The position numbers and the translations under genes were made by a program. From positions 3,191,538 through 3,255,537 of the forward strand of contig OZ037772.1 in assembly GCA_964035545.1 (NCBI GenBank): a DNA stretch of 64,000 nt. The letters run 5' to 3'. Of this stretch, positions 25,157-38,530 are shown one piece after another. Position 1 is the first letter of the stretch. Each line of letters opens with the position of its first letter. Below the pieces are notes generated by a model that was not told where the DNA came from, ran no database searches, and saw only the letters and a list, made by a program, of their open reading frames with translations. The stretch is from Bugula neritina. Taxonomy: Eukaryota > Animalia > Bryozoa.

Positions 25157-25254
25157 TAGACTTGCATTTTGTCAATAAGCAATGGAATTTGGAAAAAGCC
25201 AACATGAAATCCAGAAATAAAATCAAAATGTCTTCAAGAAACAGTACCAGCTGC

Positions 25255-25344
25255 ACCTGTAGACCTCAGTGATAAATTTTCATTAGCCTCTCCTACACAT
25301 GTGTAGGAGAGGCTAATGAACATTTATCACTGAGGTCTACAGGT
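25255..25344. repeat. 90-bp palindrome with no spacer
   Basis: 45-bp arms with 44/45 complementarity, centre acatgt. Confidence 0.95.
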
Positions 25345-26183
25345 ACTATATCCACCTTTTGGTCAAAAACCTAGCGTTATTGCATGTTAATTATTAATGC
25401 AATAAGGTTTTGCAAACTGTACACCACCATAAGTAACCTTTTATGTTTGATTGTACTAATGTCTGGCTTTACATTTAATCATCTTCTAGGTTAACACATA
25501 TTAAACCTGTCAAATTTGTTCTCTTGGGGATATTTCCTTGATGTATCTAGTGGAAGCTCAGGGGTTTTATTTTAAAACCAAGTTAACATACTCTTCTTGG
25601 GTGTACTTTATTGTGTGTAAGGAGGTGTGTAAGGTATTACTTACTCTTATTCTAAAACAAATGTTCATTTTCATACTTGTGTTGTTATTAAACTATATCA
25701 ATAGCTAAAGGCCTGATTCTAGTTTTGAATGTTTAAAACGTACTTAACATACTGCACTTGCAGCTCTCTTTTTCAAAATTCATCCTTTAGTTGATAATGC
25801 TATATTAATAGTAACTTCTGCTACTTAGTAAGAATTTGCATACCATGCACTAAATCAACTTCATTGCAACTTTGAGCAAAGTAAAGCTACATCTGTTATA
25901 CTGATACCTTGGTGATGTTTTCTGGCATATCACTTTTTTTGCTAAGAAAGTTTCTACGGTCACTTAATTCTCAGCTTGTAGAAGGCATACAGTACTGACT
26001 TTTCTCTCTCGTCTATTACAGGAATATATGACATTACCTTCCTATTGCTCTTCAATTTTTTGTATTCATATTTTTTTAGATTTGTAATTACGACTGCACT
26101 ACTTTTGATAGGTTTGGATTTTCTCCCACATTTACAATGACAAAAATGGATTTGATTTTCACACGAAGTTTTATATGCTGTTT

Positions 26184-27194
26184 AGCTGTGAAGGAACTGT
26201 TAGCTGTGGCACGAAACCACTTGAGGAAATTCTCCTGGCAGATGCACACTCAAGGCAGATAGAAAATCGTCTCGAATCAAACAAGTCGTTGTAAAACGAC
26301 TTGAATTTATCAAACAAGTGTGGTAACCAAACCTTGCACCTACTCAATGAAGTGTCCAATAGATCCATGTGGGCCTTCAAAGTGAGTTGGCTAATTTATT
26401 TGATATTTATTTTTATTCATTTGATATCTAGTGAAGCTATTTGCAGTATGATTTGGTCGCCATGTTGCAACTTAGAGTAACTATAATAACTTTGAGATTG
26501 TAAGCTAAAATTTACACAATATGTTCATTAAAACTGTTCTCTGCTTGTCACCAATTTCAATATTAACTTTCTCTATAACCCTGGATTATATTAGCTCAGT
26601 ATAAATTTTTAGGCTCAGTTCCTTAGAATATAGTGTTTTATGGTTAATTCAACTTAGCATGTTATGCACCATCTGCTAATTTTTAGATACGTGAGACATT
26701 TTTAGAGGTGTGAGCTATGATCAAACAGTCAATCTTTTTTTTACTTTGCTCTCTGCTATTCTTTCACCATATTCTACACTATTTTACCTTATTCTTGCAC
26801 ACCATTTTTTACATTCTTATTTTTTACCTACTCTTACACCACATTCTACCTTATTTCACCTTATTCTTGCACCATATTCTACATTATTCTACCTTATTCT
26901 TGCATCATATTCTACATTATTTCACCTTATTCTTCCACTATATTTTATATTATTTTACCTCATTCTTACACCATATTCTACATTATTTTTACACCATATT
27001 CTATTGAAGTGTTGGATGCTTGGGAAAATGCACCGACCGGATTTTTCACTGGAATACTCAACTGGGCTGGTGACTACCAGGAGTGTGTTGCCATCAGATC
27101 TACCTACGGAGAGAATGATGACCCGGGTATGTTGCTCTATCAGGGGATGTACTGCTCCAAGATACACCCTAGCATGGCGGCCAATGACGGACAG
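26184..27194 (+). pseudogene. NRF-6/O-acyltransferase-like N-terminal (NRF domain) exons, ~26184-26381 and 27010-27194
   Basis: LSNKCGNQTLHLLNEVSNRSMWAFK and LDAWENAPTGFFTGILNWAGDYQECV...YQGMYC match the NRF-domain pattern (WAxxMxDAWG.P.G...W.G.Y.EC...G.YC). In-frame TAA at 26292 and a phase mismatch between the exons. Confidence 0.75.
26757..27004. repeat. ~33-bp degenerate tandem repeat in intron
   Basis: attcttgcaccatattctacattattttacctt-like units. Confidence 0.85.
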
Positions 27195-28585
27195 GTACTA
27201 AGTCTATTTCAAGGTCACATCAGGTTTCTAAATCCAATTGCAGCTGCAAATTCCTTTTCAACTTTCAGTGTTTACAGGATAATGTGAGTTTTGGCAGCTT
27301 TCGCTGTCACTATTTTGACCTTGATAAAAATTAGGTGGAGGAAAAATGAATAGCTCCAATATATGAGATGTCTTGTAGCTTCAATATATGAGATTTTTGT
27401 GTGTCATAAATATGAAAGGTTAAATCTTACATCAGTAGACTGGATAGTTGATGCTGTCAGATTTTGAAACATAAATAAATAAGCCATGACTGTATAAAGC
27501 TTATACTATACTAAAATTTATGTTAGATTTCTTCCAGGCTACGTTACATCCAGAGCCTTTGCAGACACGCTGCCTACAGCTCAGACACTTGCAGACACTT
27601 GGCAATAGCTGCCAGTGAATTAATTTACTAGTGAAATAATATTGATAGTGTCATCCATGTGTCATGTTAGATTATTGGTATAATGAGGTTACATCAGTGA
27701 TGATTAAAATTACTAGTCAGCCTAGTTCACAATAATGCCTTTGCTGTCTATTTCTCTACATTCTTTACATTGCACAACATTGCTTGGCTATTTCTTTAAA
27801 CCTCTACATCATAGCCTACGGCATTCATAGTCTGTTGCATTAGTTATGAAGTCATAGAATATAAAAGAACCACATTTATGTGAGTCTCACACAACCTCTG
27901 ATTGGTTCTTGTGAATCTTACACAACCACTGATTGGTCTCGCTACCTGTCTAATTACAAATATTGACAGAAGAAGACTTTAACTAACTGAAACTCTATCT
28001 CTATATTGATACTCTGCTTTAGTAAAAAGTGAGTAACTGGGGTGGAGAGAGCCAGTTCTCAAGAAGCTGATTATAGAGAGGGCTGAGGGAGCTGATTTTG
28101 TGCCAGTCTTGGAGACAGAGCAGGTTTTGGCCGGGACGGCTTTGAGAGTAACGATCAATGTGACAGCGGAGTTATAAAGTCATCAACTTGAAGTGAGTGT
28201 AGATGCTTACCCACATCTGCTGATTGTAAACGAGTGTAGAGTTTTATTGTGGTGGTTCATGGAACTACCAGCAGCACAACATGTAGGGTCGCGTAATTGA
28301 CCCGGAACAATGGATAGCCAATTAGCGTAGTTGATAGTTAGCAGCAATTGTAGTTTCCCGCTGCTAACTCAGTCGAAGCTAGAGTGTGAAATAGATTAGA
28401 TGTATAACTTGTTTGGAAATAATGTATCGTGTTTTTATAATGTATAGTTGTGTATAAAATATACTCGTTCTCTCGACTTATCCTGGTGCAGTTCTATAGT
28501 AGATAAATAGACTCTCTGGATAGCACATCAACCCTAAATCTGAAAATTATAACAGTGGTGGCAGCGGTGGGATAGTGCATCCAAG

Positions 28586-29539
28586 ATGGAGACTGAAAAT
28601 GCTGGAACTCAACCACCGACAATCGAAGGTGAGCGTAGAGACAATGCTGTAGAGACAATGCCTGTTAACCATGTAGTAGAAGAGCGAAGGGTTCCGCGAG
28701 AACTAGCTGAGGACCGCTACAGGTTAAAGGCGCCCACCTTCACGGGTGAAGAGGAGGTGGAACAATTTATCCAAGAGTTTAGCGACGTAATGGACGTCGC
28801 TCAGTGGCCCCCTAGGGTGGCCTTGCTGAAGCTTAGAATGGCATTGATGGACAAAGCCAAGCCCTATGGGCTGGGCGTAGACATTGATAATATCTTTGCT
28901 TCTCTGCGGGCCCGCTTTGGCCTCTCTCCTACAGATGCCAGGGCCCGATTGCAGAGGTTGCGGCGTGATCCCCGCACCCCGCTGCGGGAGCATGCCGCCG
29001 CGGTCATGAAGCTGGCACAGATCGCGTACAGCGACTTGCCCCCAGTCAACCGCGAGAGGTACACCCTCGACGCTTTCATAGCATCTGTCGACGATCTGGG
29101 TCTCCACCACCAGTTTCTAGCTAGGGGAGTCACCACCGTTGAAGATGCTCTGACTGAGGGGGAAGCTTACCTCCTAGCTAATCAAATGCATAAAAGTCGC
29201 GGAAGCTCCCGCCAAGTGGAGATAGACCGCGCAGACACGGCCGCGGGACAAGGGGAGGAAACCCCCGCCGCGGCTGCCGTGTCCCAGTTGGCGACGGCAT
29301 CAAAAGTCACTCAACTGACGGACATGCTAGCCAAGCTGATAGCAACACTGACACCACAAAACCCAGTGAGTACCGCCCCTGGGCCCATGCGGCCATCGGC
29401 GCCGCCACAGGGAGAAACAGTCAGTTTTTGCTGGGAGTGCGGAAATCAAGGACATTTCCGCCGATATTGTCCCTTCCTAAATCAGGGGTTAAACTACTGC
29501 GGCCCGCAGATGTTCCCACCTTCCGCGGGCCGACGATGA
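28586..29539 (+). CDS. Gag (317 aa) with CCHC knuckle
   Basis: The ATG follows the PBS. Contains CWECGNQGHFRRYC and is homologous to family A gag. Confidence 0.88.
   Translation: METENAGTQPPTIEGERRDNAVETMPVNHVVEERRVPRELAEDRYRLKAPTFTGEEEVEQFIQEFSDVMDVAQWPPRVALLKLRMALMDKAKPYGLGVDIDNIFASLRARFGLSPTDARARLQRLRRDPRTPLREHAAAVMKLAQIAYSDLPPVNRERYTLDAFIASVDDLGLHHQFLARGVTTVEDALTEGEAYLLANQMHKSRGSSRQVEIDRADTAAGQGEETPAAAAVSQLATASKVTQLTDMLAKLIATLTPQNPVSTAPGPMRPSAPPQGETVSFCWECGNQGHFRRYCPFLNQGLNYCGPQMFPPSAGRR
29488..29532 (+). promoter_or_regulatory. Putative -1 ribosomal frameshift signal (G TTA AAC plus stem-loop)
   Basis: GTTAAAC at 29488-29494, then cggcccgc (29500-29507) pairing with gcgggccg (29525-29532). 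The pro frame is -1 relative to gag. The same motif occurs at 16237 and 60722. Confidence 0.7.
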
Positions 29540-32500
29540 AACCTCTAGGGAAGAAGAAACGCAGGTCACCCAGACGGGTACCGCGTACTGGCAACCAACA
29601 GTGGCAACAGCCACGACGGACCAGCAAGGGGCTTCGCCCCGCGGCTGCCTTTTCTATGCCCCTTCACAACAGACTCACAGGGCTACAAGTCCAAGAGTCT
29701 GGATGGGAGCACACAAAGGTAGCTGAGAATCTAGCCTCGGCACCCCCGAGACCTACCTATCACCGCCCCAAGAGACCTCCTTCGCGACCCAAAGCGAGGG
29801 AGGTACTCCCTGCGAGAGTAAGGCCCGAAGGGAGAGTTCAGGTGCAGCCCCATGGGAACAGCTATTTCTTGCCCGGTGAACTGGAAGGCAAAGCTGTTAC
29901 TTTTCTCATTGATTCGGGCTGTACCACAAACCTCTTAAGCCGCCAAATCTTCGACACCCTCAGCGCTAGGGTCAGGGGCGAGATGGAAGCATACGAAGGG
30001 GAATACGGCACCCTAGCTGACGGGTCGTGCCTTCCCTTCTATGGTATAATTGATCTGACGGGACGAGTCCGCGATCAAACGATCCAAGAGACGTTCATCG
30101 TCAGTCAGCTCAAGGAGGATGCTATCCTCGGGATGCCGTTCCTTAAACGGCACAGATGTCACATAGATTTTAGCAGATCTGCAATGATGATGTCCGGGCG
30201 GGAACTCGCCTGCGTCGACAAGTTCGGCCGCCCTTTAGTGGGAGGTGTGCAAGTGGTACGCAACCGTACCATACCAGGCCGCTCCCGGGCTACCATTCAC
30301 TGCAGGGTGAATAGTAGCCGGATCTCTGGACTCGGGGTGGTTGAAGGCGCGCACGAAAAGATCCGACTTGCCAGCAGTCTGAATCAGCTGACTGAGCAAG
30401 GGGAGATCTTAGTGCAGTGCGTCAACCCCTTTACCGAGCCTATCAAGCTCCCGGCGGGGTCAATGCTGGGCCGTTTTCACTCTGTTCAGGAGGGAGACGT
30501 AGGCCCGTCGCTGGGTGATGCGACAGAGGCACTCCCTCGACACCCTATTCAGGGATGAGGGGCAGTCCCAACACATCTCCGGGAGTTATATGAGACAGCC
30601 AGTGGCGGCTGCGCGAGTAACCGGGAACGCCAAGCTATGGCTAAGTTACTACGCGACTACGGTGATGTGTTCAGCAGCGGGGAGCATGACGTGGGACTGA
30701 CTGGAATTGTCAGACACGAAATACCGCTGACTGCAGGGACAGTCCCTGTCCGGCAGCCCTAGCGCAGGCTGGGGCCGGAGAAAGAGAAGGAGGTTAGCCG
30801 ACAAGTACGGGATCTTCTGGACCGGGGACTGATAGAGCCCGCCCATAGTGCGTGGAGCTCGCCAGTCGTACTGGTCCGGAAGAAAGACGGCAGTTGGCGG
30901 TTCTGTGTGGACTACCGCAAACTCAATAGCGTAACCATACAGGACGCCTACCCTCTACCTCGTATTGACGAGTCATTGGACGCCCTAGCCGGCAGCAAGT
31001 ACTTCAGTACGTTAGACTTGCTAAGCGGCTATTGGCAGGTTCCTCTGAGTCCCGACGCCCAAGAGAAAGCGGCGTTTATCACACGGGACGGTTTGTGGAA
31101 GTGGAAGGTGCTGCCCTTCGGGGGAACCTCCGCCCCATCCACCTTCCAGAGGCTGATGGAACAAGTCCTTAGCGGACTATATTGGAAGACACTGCTGGTC
31201 TACCTCGATGATGTCATCGTAATCTCTCCAGACTTCGAGACACATGTCAGTCGTCCGCAGGAGGTTTTCGAGAGACTCCGAGGTGCCGGTCTTAAGCTCA
31301 AACCTTCCAAGTGCGCTCTATTGCAGCCGGAGGTCAAGTACCTGGGGCACGTTGTCGGTCGAAACGGCGTGGCAACGGATCCCGAAAAGGTACGGGCAGT
31401 AGAAGACTGGGTCACCCCCCAAGACTTGACCAGACTCCGGGCTTTCTTGGGGCTGGTAGGGTATTACAGGCAATACATACCAGACTTTGCGGGCATAGCC
31501 CAGCAGTTAACCCGGCTCACCGCAAAGGGAGTGACGTGGCAGTGGACTCCAGTCGAACAAGAAGCGTTTGACCGCCTCAAGGGCTGCCTACTAACGGCGC
31601 CCATCTTGGCCTACCCAGACCCCACTCTGGAGTACAACCTTGACACGGACGCCAGTGACCAGAATGTTGGCGCTGTGCTGTCACAAGTGCAGGAAGGCTG
31701 AGAGGTAGTAGTAGCCTACTACAGCAAGTCTCTCTCACCCGCTGAACGAAATTACTGCACTACCCGCAAGGAGCTGCTGGCAGTAATCAAGTCAGTGAAG
31801 CACTTCAGACCATACCTATACGGCAGGAAGTTCCGGCTGCGTACGGATCATGCCTCGCTGATCTGGTTGTGCAGGAGAGCAGAGCCCTCTAGTCAGGTCG
31901 CCCGGTGGCTCGAAATCCTAGCTGAATTCTCGTACCGGATCGAACACCGACCGGGCAAGAGACACAGCAATGCGGATGGGTTGAGTCGCCAACCTGACGG
32001 AGGTTGCAAACAGTGTCTCAACATCGAGAGGAGGGATGGAGGTCCCCCACGATGCGAGTTGGAGACGCTGGCTCATCACGGAGCACCGTTTGATTGGGAT
32101 CAAGGTCAACTCAGGCAAAGAGTTGATGAGTCCCCGGAGGATGTACAAAACCTCCGCGCCAACCCTGTACTGGCCGGTAATGTTCGAGAGCTGAAGAAGC
32201 TCCAAGAAGAGCTGCCTGGAGTCGTGACAGACATATACCGGGCCAAAAGGGAAGGGCGACGACCCAGCGAGGAACGCATACGACAGGGATGCGCCGAGTT
32301 CCGGCTATACTGTCAGCGTTGGGACTCGCTGCGGATCGGGCAGGATGGGTTGCTAACCATCTCTCTAGCTGCCAGCGGCAGACACCCGGAAAGGAAGAGG
32401 GTAGTCTGCCCCACAGCCATCCGCCGTGAGTTGATTTGGGATACTCACAAGCAGGCCCACGCAGGGGTCAACCGAGTGATGTCCAAATTACGACTTCGGT

Positions 32501-34060
32501 GGTATTGGCCACAAATGGAGCGTGATGTCCGGCTCAGAGTCAAACAGTGTGAGATCTGCCAGGCCAGTAAGCATAGCCGCCCCCCTGGTGAAGCAGGACG
32601 GCGGAGGCTATACGCTGGTAGGCCCTGGCAAGTAGTCGCTGTAGACCTGGTCGGACCCATGCCCCTGACCCCCAGAGGCAATAATTGGATCCTAGTACTA
32701 ACCGACCACTTTACTAGGTGGGCAAATGCTCTGGCTATCCCAGATGCATCAGCCCCAACAGTGGCCAGGGCGCTAGACCAACATGTATTCTGTTATTTTG
32801 GGCTCCCCGAACAGATACACTCTGATCAAGGCGCTCAGTTCCAGTCTCAACTGATGAGCGACCTTTGCCGCCTCTGGGGAGTAAATCAGAGCAGGACCAC
32901 CCCCTACCACCCTCAAAGTAACGGGGTGGTGGAGCGCAACAACCGGATGCTAGGTGATGCACTCCAGAGTCTCCTCCTTGGACGAGGTCAAGAGGAATGG
33001 GATACGGTGTTGCCGCAAGTCATGCGTGCATACCGTAGCACCCCACACACCAGTACTGGTGAGACCCCAAACCTCTTGATGCTCGGGAGAGAGACTCGTG
33101 TCCCCGACCATCTCACCTATCACGTTCCAGAGCAAGATAACTCAGTCCACGAGTATGCCAGTGAACTAGTGGAACGGATGAAGGCCGCACACGATATACT
33201 GCGCCAACAGCAGTGGAAGGTGCGGCACGAAGATTCCGATGAACCACCCCTCTATCAGAGGGGAGATAAGGTGTGGATGGTCAATTACCGTAGGCGTTGC
33301 GGACAGGCTGATAAGCTGAAGCCTAAGTTCGTGGGCCCCTACGTGGTTGTCGAGGCTATGCCCAATCATACGTACAAGATTGAGCGCTCAGGACAGGTAT
33401 CTATCCAGAATGAGTCTCGCTTGAAACCGTATTGGGCTAGCCCCGGCGGAGTGGGAGAAGCCCCTCCCGTTGTTAGAGCCCAGGAGGCAGACAACAACGC
33501 GCGGGCGACGGCGGCATGGACCTGAGTACGAAGTGGTCATACCGCGGGAGGAAAACTTGGTGAGAGAGGAGCGGCAGCTTTTGTCAACAGAAGCGTGTCC
33601 GCCACCGCCAAGTCTAATGCCATCACTTCCAGAAACCGAGCCGGTTCCGGAAGTGCAAACCCCCACGGAGGGAGGGGCTCCATCCGGAGAACAAGAAGAG
33701 GTGACTGCTGACGGTGAAGTAGAGACGCCATTAGAGGTCCCTACTAACGAACCGGCAAGCGTGTCACCCCCCCTAGAAAGGGGACAGCGTACGAGGCAAC
33801 CCCCCGCATACTTGAAGGACTTCGTATGTGACTGCGTTAAAAGCGGCGCGCATGAAAGTCTAGGGGAAAACCGTACGAGAAAAGAATCGAGCAAATGTGG
33901 GAGTTGTCAACACCACGGAAATATCAACTTTTGCATCGGCGGAAATAGAAATAAAATTCATCCGCCGGGTGCACAAAGTCTTAATCACGCACCCCAACCA
34001 CGTTGCTCGATCTTTTCATACGCTGATGCAGTCAAGAGTAGACGTGTTTCTAAGCAGTAG
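29488..34060 (+). pseudogene. pro-pol of A2 (defective)
   Basis: LIDSGCT, YLDD, DTDAS and integrase motifs. Stops at 30556, ~30760 and 31699. The integrase tail is in a shifted frame (33470-34060). Confidence 0.92.
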
Positions 34061-34084
34061 TTCAAACCATTTCACACATTCAGT

Positions 34085-35162
34085 ATGTCTTACGACAACA
34101 GATCGTGGGGTGAGTTAACTATATCTTAATACGAAACTAGATTGCATCGCTCAGCTCTGACTCACTGAGTCAATCGAGCTGGAGATAGGTTAGTGAAATA
34201 CCGTAGTAAGAACTCAGTTTGACTTAGAGATTTTTATAATCTCATTGCAATACGTGTTCTATCTGACTATTCACTACCATAAATCTCTACGAGGTAACTG
34301 AATTAGGAGTTGCCAAGCTGTTCAAGCTGACAACACAGCAGTGTATTGTATTAACACTGTTGAAACTTTTTCAGATTACACTCGACCCACTACAACCAGG
34401 GTACGGGATAGAACACTTCCCGCTCCGTACCCAGAGGAGTATGCTAGTGGTGACCGGCCTGAGCCACTACGCCGCCGCTGGCGGTGGGTGTCTCCACAAA
34501 CAGAAGAAGAAATAGAAACAGCCTGGGGGTCCAGAGGACGGACGAGATGCCAGATCTGTGGTGAAGATTGCGGCTCTCACCGTTCCCTTAAACCACACGT
34601 CAATGCTCATCTCCAACTAACATTCTGCCCCTGCGGGTACAATGATGTGTATCCCTACCCTGTCACCAGACACAGAGCGGCGGGCTGTTTCCCTGGAGAA
34701 AACTATGTGGTCGACGCTAAGCTGTACCCGGAGTTCCTCACACTTATACGACCTCTGGTGAAGAAGGCCATGCTATTAGCCGTTCTGTCCTCGGGGTTCC
34801 AACGTGTGCTAGACAACGCCCGCCAACAATCCCCGTTGGTGTCTGACCGCCCTCAAATTACATAAACCCCCGAGGAAATTACATATCCAGAAGAAGGAGA
34901 GATCTCCCCTACACCGGCGAAGAGACGAACCAGGTCCCCCAGTCCACCCTTGCGCCGCAGACGGACACCGTCCCCAGACCCAGTACGCCTGGCTACAGTA
35001 GAAGAACGCCTCCTACGATTACAAGAAGAGTTCACCCAGCTGGCACCAGATCTACTTAACACTACCACAGGACTCTTCCAGCTAAAGGGATCCGTATGCC
35101 GTATGAAACGGAAACTGCGTACATGCCAAGGCAAGCACCGGCGTGCCCAACAAGGACTCTAG
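34085..35162 (+). pseudogene. ORF3 homologue of A2; predicted exons 34085-34109 and 34375-35162, one in-frame TAA at 34863
   Basis: CQIC-x12-HVNAH, TFCPCG, YVVD...YPEFL..IRPLV, Arg/Ser-Pro segment and coiled coil. Donor GG|GTGAGT and acceptor TTTTTCAG|. ORFs 34341 and 34950 share a frame. Confidence 0.8.
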
Positions 35163-36271
35163 TAGACTACTCGGAGTACTCCAACTCCGCCTCTTGGGAG
35201 AAGCCCAGATGTCATGTAAATGTTTGACTGCTTAACAGGTTATCCCCTGTCTAACACCACAGCTAGCTAGTATTCCTCGTCTATCTACAGCTGGCCAATT
35301 GTATGCAACGGATCGTTATAATGACTCTGTCTATTATTATGTCTCTTCCTGTATATTATGTATTATTTTGTCCACTGATGTATGCAATTACTATTGAATG
35401 TTTTTTTTATATATATATCAGAAAGATGGCTTTCTGCTGGTGGGGGCGGTGTGGTGGTTCGTGAAACTACCAGCAGCACAATATGTAGGGTCGCGTAATT
35501 GACCCGGAACAATGGATAGCCAATTAGCGTAGTTGATAGTTAGCAGCAATTGTAGTTTCCCGCTGCTAACTCAGTCGAAGCTAGAGTGTGAAATAGATTA
35601 GATGTATAACTTGTTTGGAACTAATGTATCGTGTTTTTATAATGTATAGTTGTGTATAATATATACTTGTTCTCTCGACTTATCCTGGTGCAGTTCTATA
35701 GTAGATAAATAGACTCTCTGGATAGCACATCAACCCTAAATCTGAAAATTATAACATTATTCACTGGGAGGTGGTTTGTTTTACCCTCTCATAAGTGCAG
35801 AGGGGTGACTTTTCAGTCTCATTGAAACAGTTGATTTAGTTTATACAAAGCACTCTCAATGCACTTTTCTAGAATATTATATGTGGGACAAATATTTCTT
35901 TTGGGAAAAGTTTCTTGCTAAGTAGAAATTTTCTAGTAAGAGACAAATACGCTACAAAGTTATATAAAACATGTGTTATTGGAGGTGAAAAAGGTTTTAT
36001 TTTCTTTTTTTATTTTTCTTTATTTACTGATTATAGATATTTATTTTGAAAAGTTTTTGTCAACCACTGGGATTTTCTGTCCAATGCCATGCTAACATGT
36101 TTATCTGATTGACAGGTGGGAGTGCCTTGGGTAGATGTGGGCGGAGTTGAACACAGGTTCCGGTGCGATATGGAAGGAAACAGATATGGTGTGAATGACG
36201 ACGAGTATTTAACTTTCAACCGGATGGAGTACTTGTATCAGGATAACCAATTAGTGTATGCTAACATCAGG

Positions 36272-37055
36272 TATGATACTACTAGTAATACACATGATAA
36301 TACTAGTAATACATATGATAATACTAGTAACACATATGATACTACTAGTAATACACATGATAATACTAGTAATACACATGATACTACTAGTAATACATAT
36401 AATAATACTAGTAACACACATGATAATACTAGTAATACACATGATAATACTAGTAATACACATGATAATACTAGTAACACACATGATAATACTAGTAATA
36501 CATATAATAATACTAGTAATACACATCATAATACTAGTAATACATATGATAATACTAGTAATACATATAATAATACTAGTAATACACATGATAATACTAG
36601 TAATACACATGATACTACTAGTAATACATATAATAATACTAGTAACACACATGATAATACTAGTAATACACATGATAATACTAGTAATACACATGATAAT
36701 ACTAGTAACACACATGATAATACTAGTAATACATATAATAATACTAGTAATACACATCATAATACTAGTAATACATATGATAATACTAGTAATACATATA
36801 ATAATACTAGTAATACACATGATAATACTAGTAATACACATGATACTACTAGTAATACATATAATAATACTAGTAATACACATGATACTACTAGTAACAC
36901 ATATGATACTACTAGTAATACACATGATACTACTAGTAACACACATGATAATACTAGTAATAGACATGATACTACTAGTAACACATATGATAATACTAGT
37001 AATATATATGATAATACTAGTGATACATATGATAATACTAGTAACACACATGATA
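36272..37055. repeat. 21-bp minisatellite (~37 copies)
   Basis: Unit (c/t)atgataatactagtaataca, starting immediately at a CAG|GTATGA donor. Confidence 0.97.
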
Positions 37056-37833
37056 GAGCTAATAATAAATATTATGTCCAAAGCTTGAGGAGAAATCTGT
37101 GAACAAGTCAACAGTAGACATTGTGACATCCTTGGCAATTAAAATAACAAACTTCTTTATACCAAACACTAGCTTGTCCTATTCTACTTTGAATACCCAT
37201 ATTATGAATATCTGACGCTTGTTTTATCAGGAAACAGAGGACTGTGTGGTGGTCTATGGAGTAGAATACGTCAGCCTGAGAGTCCCAAACACAGATGCGG
37301 GCGGTGACTTTAAGCAGTGTTACAAGTTCTGTACCTCTGAGGCTCAATGTCAAGAGATTCCAGGGTCCACCTGCCACCTTAGTGAGTTGTCTTCTCACAG
37401 CATACAGTTTATTAGTGTGTGTGTAGCAAAAGGAATATTCATTGAAGTATGGTGATCAACTACCTAGTATGCTGAAACAAATGTGGGTTTTTAGTGTATA
37501 AGTGCTTTCTGACTCTCATCAGTTTGTATAATACAAGAACCCAGGAGAATCACTGAATTGGTATAACATAGAGATATGTTCATCAGAAATGTACATGATG
37601 TAGCAGTGCAGCCCAATGAAGTCATTCGGAAAATTAAATGATGTTCTTTTAGACATTGCTCTGTAGAACTCAGAGTGAGCATGTGACATACAGGTTCCGA
37701 GTGTATTACTATCAGTGGTGGAGACGAAGGAGGTTAAGTTGGTGTACAGGGGGTACTCACTACTACAACCGAGCTTGTGTACCTGACATGACTAGTAAGT
37801 GTGTATCTACAGACAAGCAGAGTGACAGATGAA

Positions 37834-37927
37834 CTGACTGACTGACTGACTGACTGACTAACTGACTGACTGACTCACTGACTGACTGACTGACTGACTG
37901 ACTGACTGACTGACTGACTGACTGACA
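37834..37927. repeat. (ACTG)n microsatellite
   Basis: Direct reading. Confidence 0.95.
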
Positions 37928-38303
37928 GATAAACAGATAGGTAAATATTGATCACATATATAGTGAAGCTACCAACTGAGACCCAGACTGTGTTTTGATT
38001 TAGAATATACTGGTATATGATATCTTTCTACAATGTGTTTACAGTTTACTCTACAAAGTATAGTTCCATCAGATAGACTCACTCTACTCATGTGTAAGAC
38101 TCATCAAGAATGTCTACCCAATCAAATCTGTGTTAATGAGGTGTGCACACTGACGTGTAAAAGTGACTCTGAGTGTGCATTCAACCAGGTTAGATACTGC
38201 ATACATGTCTCTATCCTAGCAGCTAATTCTAGTAAAAATATGGTGGAGAATACATAAACAATGAACAATAAAAGTATGAGTTTCAGAAAAGTTTGTGAAA
38301 TAC

Positions 38304-38380
38304 CTGTAAACCAGGAGCTCCATTTTCTCCGTCTCGTCCACTGGGTCCCTGTGGTCCAATTAAACCAGGTTCTCCTACAA
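38304..38380 (-). pseudogene. Isolated collagen Gly-X-Y exon
   Basis: GEPGLIGPQGPSGRDGENGAPGLQ, bounded by ttgtag| and |gtattt on the minus strand. Confidence 0.6.
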
Positions 38381-38423
38381 ACCGGAACTTCACACTGACA
38401 CCCATATAAATAAATAACATGTA

Positions 38424-38530
38424 GCAGACATGGTCTAGGGGTTCGAGGGTTTGCCTAGTAAACACGAAATAATAGGTTCGAGCCACGAAAAAGGCTATGG
38501 GCGATGTTAGGAAAAACATTCAGTCAGTAA
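38424..38530 (+). mobile_element. tRNA-derived SINE head (same family as 6395)
   Basis: tggtctagggg A-box-like, ggttcgagcc B-box, then ggctatgggcgatgttaggaa. Confidence 0.55.

Larger units (their letters stand above)
28248..35756 (+). mobile_element. Gypsy family A-related subfamily (A2), full length
   Basis: 307-bp LTRs at 28248-28554 and 35450-35756 (about 6 mismatches counted by eye), TSD TTAT, tRNA-Leu PBS, PPT ggtgggggcgg. Confidence 0.95.
36116..38188 (+). other. Exon fragments of a Cys-rich, probably extracellular protein (36116-36270, 37231-37381, 38045-38188)
   Basis: AG/GT-bounded blocks. They translate to CTSEAQCQEIPGSTC and CKTHQECLPNQICVNEVCTLTCKSDSEC (C-x5-C-x5/6-C repeats), with EDCVVVY reminiscent of C-type lectins. 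Phases do not join cleanly. Confidence 0.45.

Noticed and set aside
26710-27007. Hydrophobic 163-aa and 96-aa ORFs
   Set aside because: Translation of a ~33-bp tandem repeat. The real coding signal is the NRF exon in another frame.
36272-37055. CRISPR-like array (also considered for 14525-14660 and 50711-50841)
   Set aside because: Head-to-tail tandem units with no unique spacers, no cas genes, eukaryotic context.
36251-37138. Long ORFs (328, 295, 276 aa) with NTSNTHD, CITSII or LVIHMII repeats
   Set aside because: They are products of a 21-bp minisatellite that is open in several frames on both strands and begins at a splice donor, so it is probably intronic.
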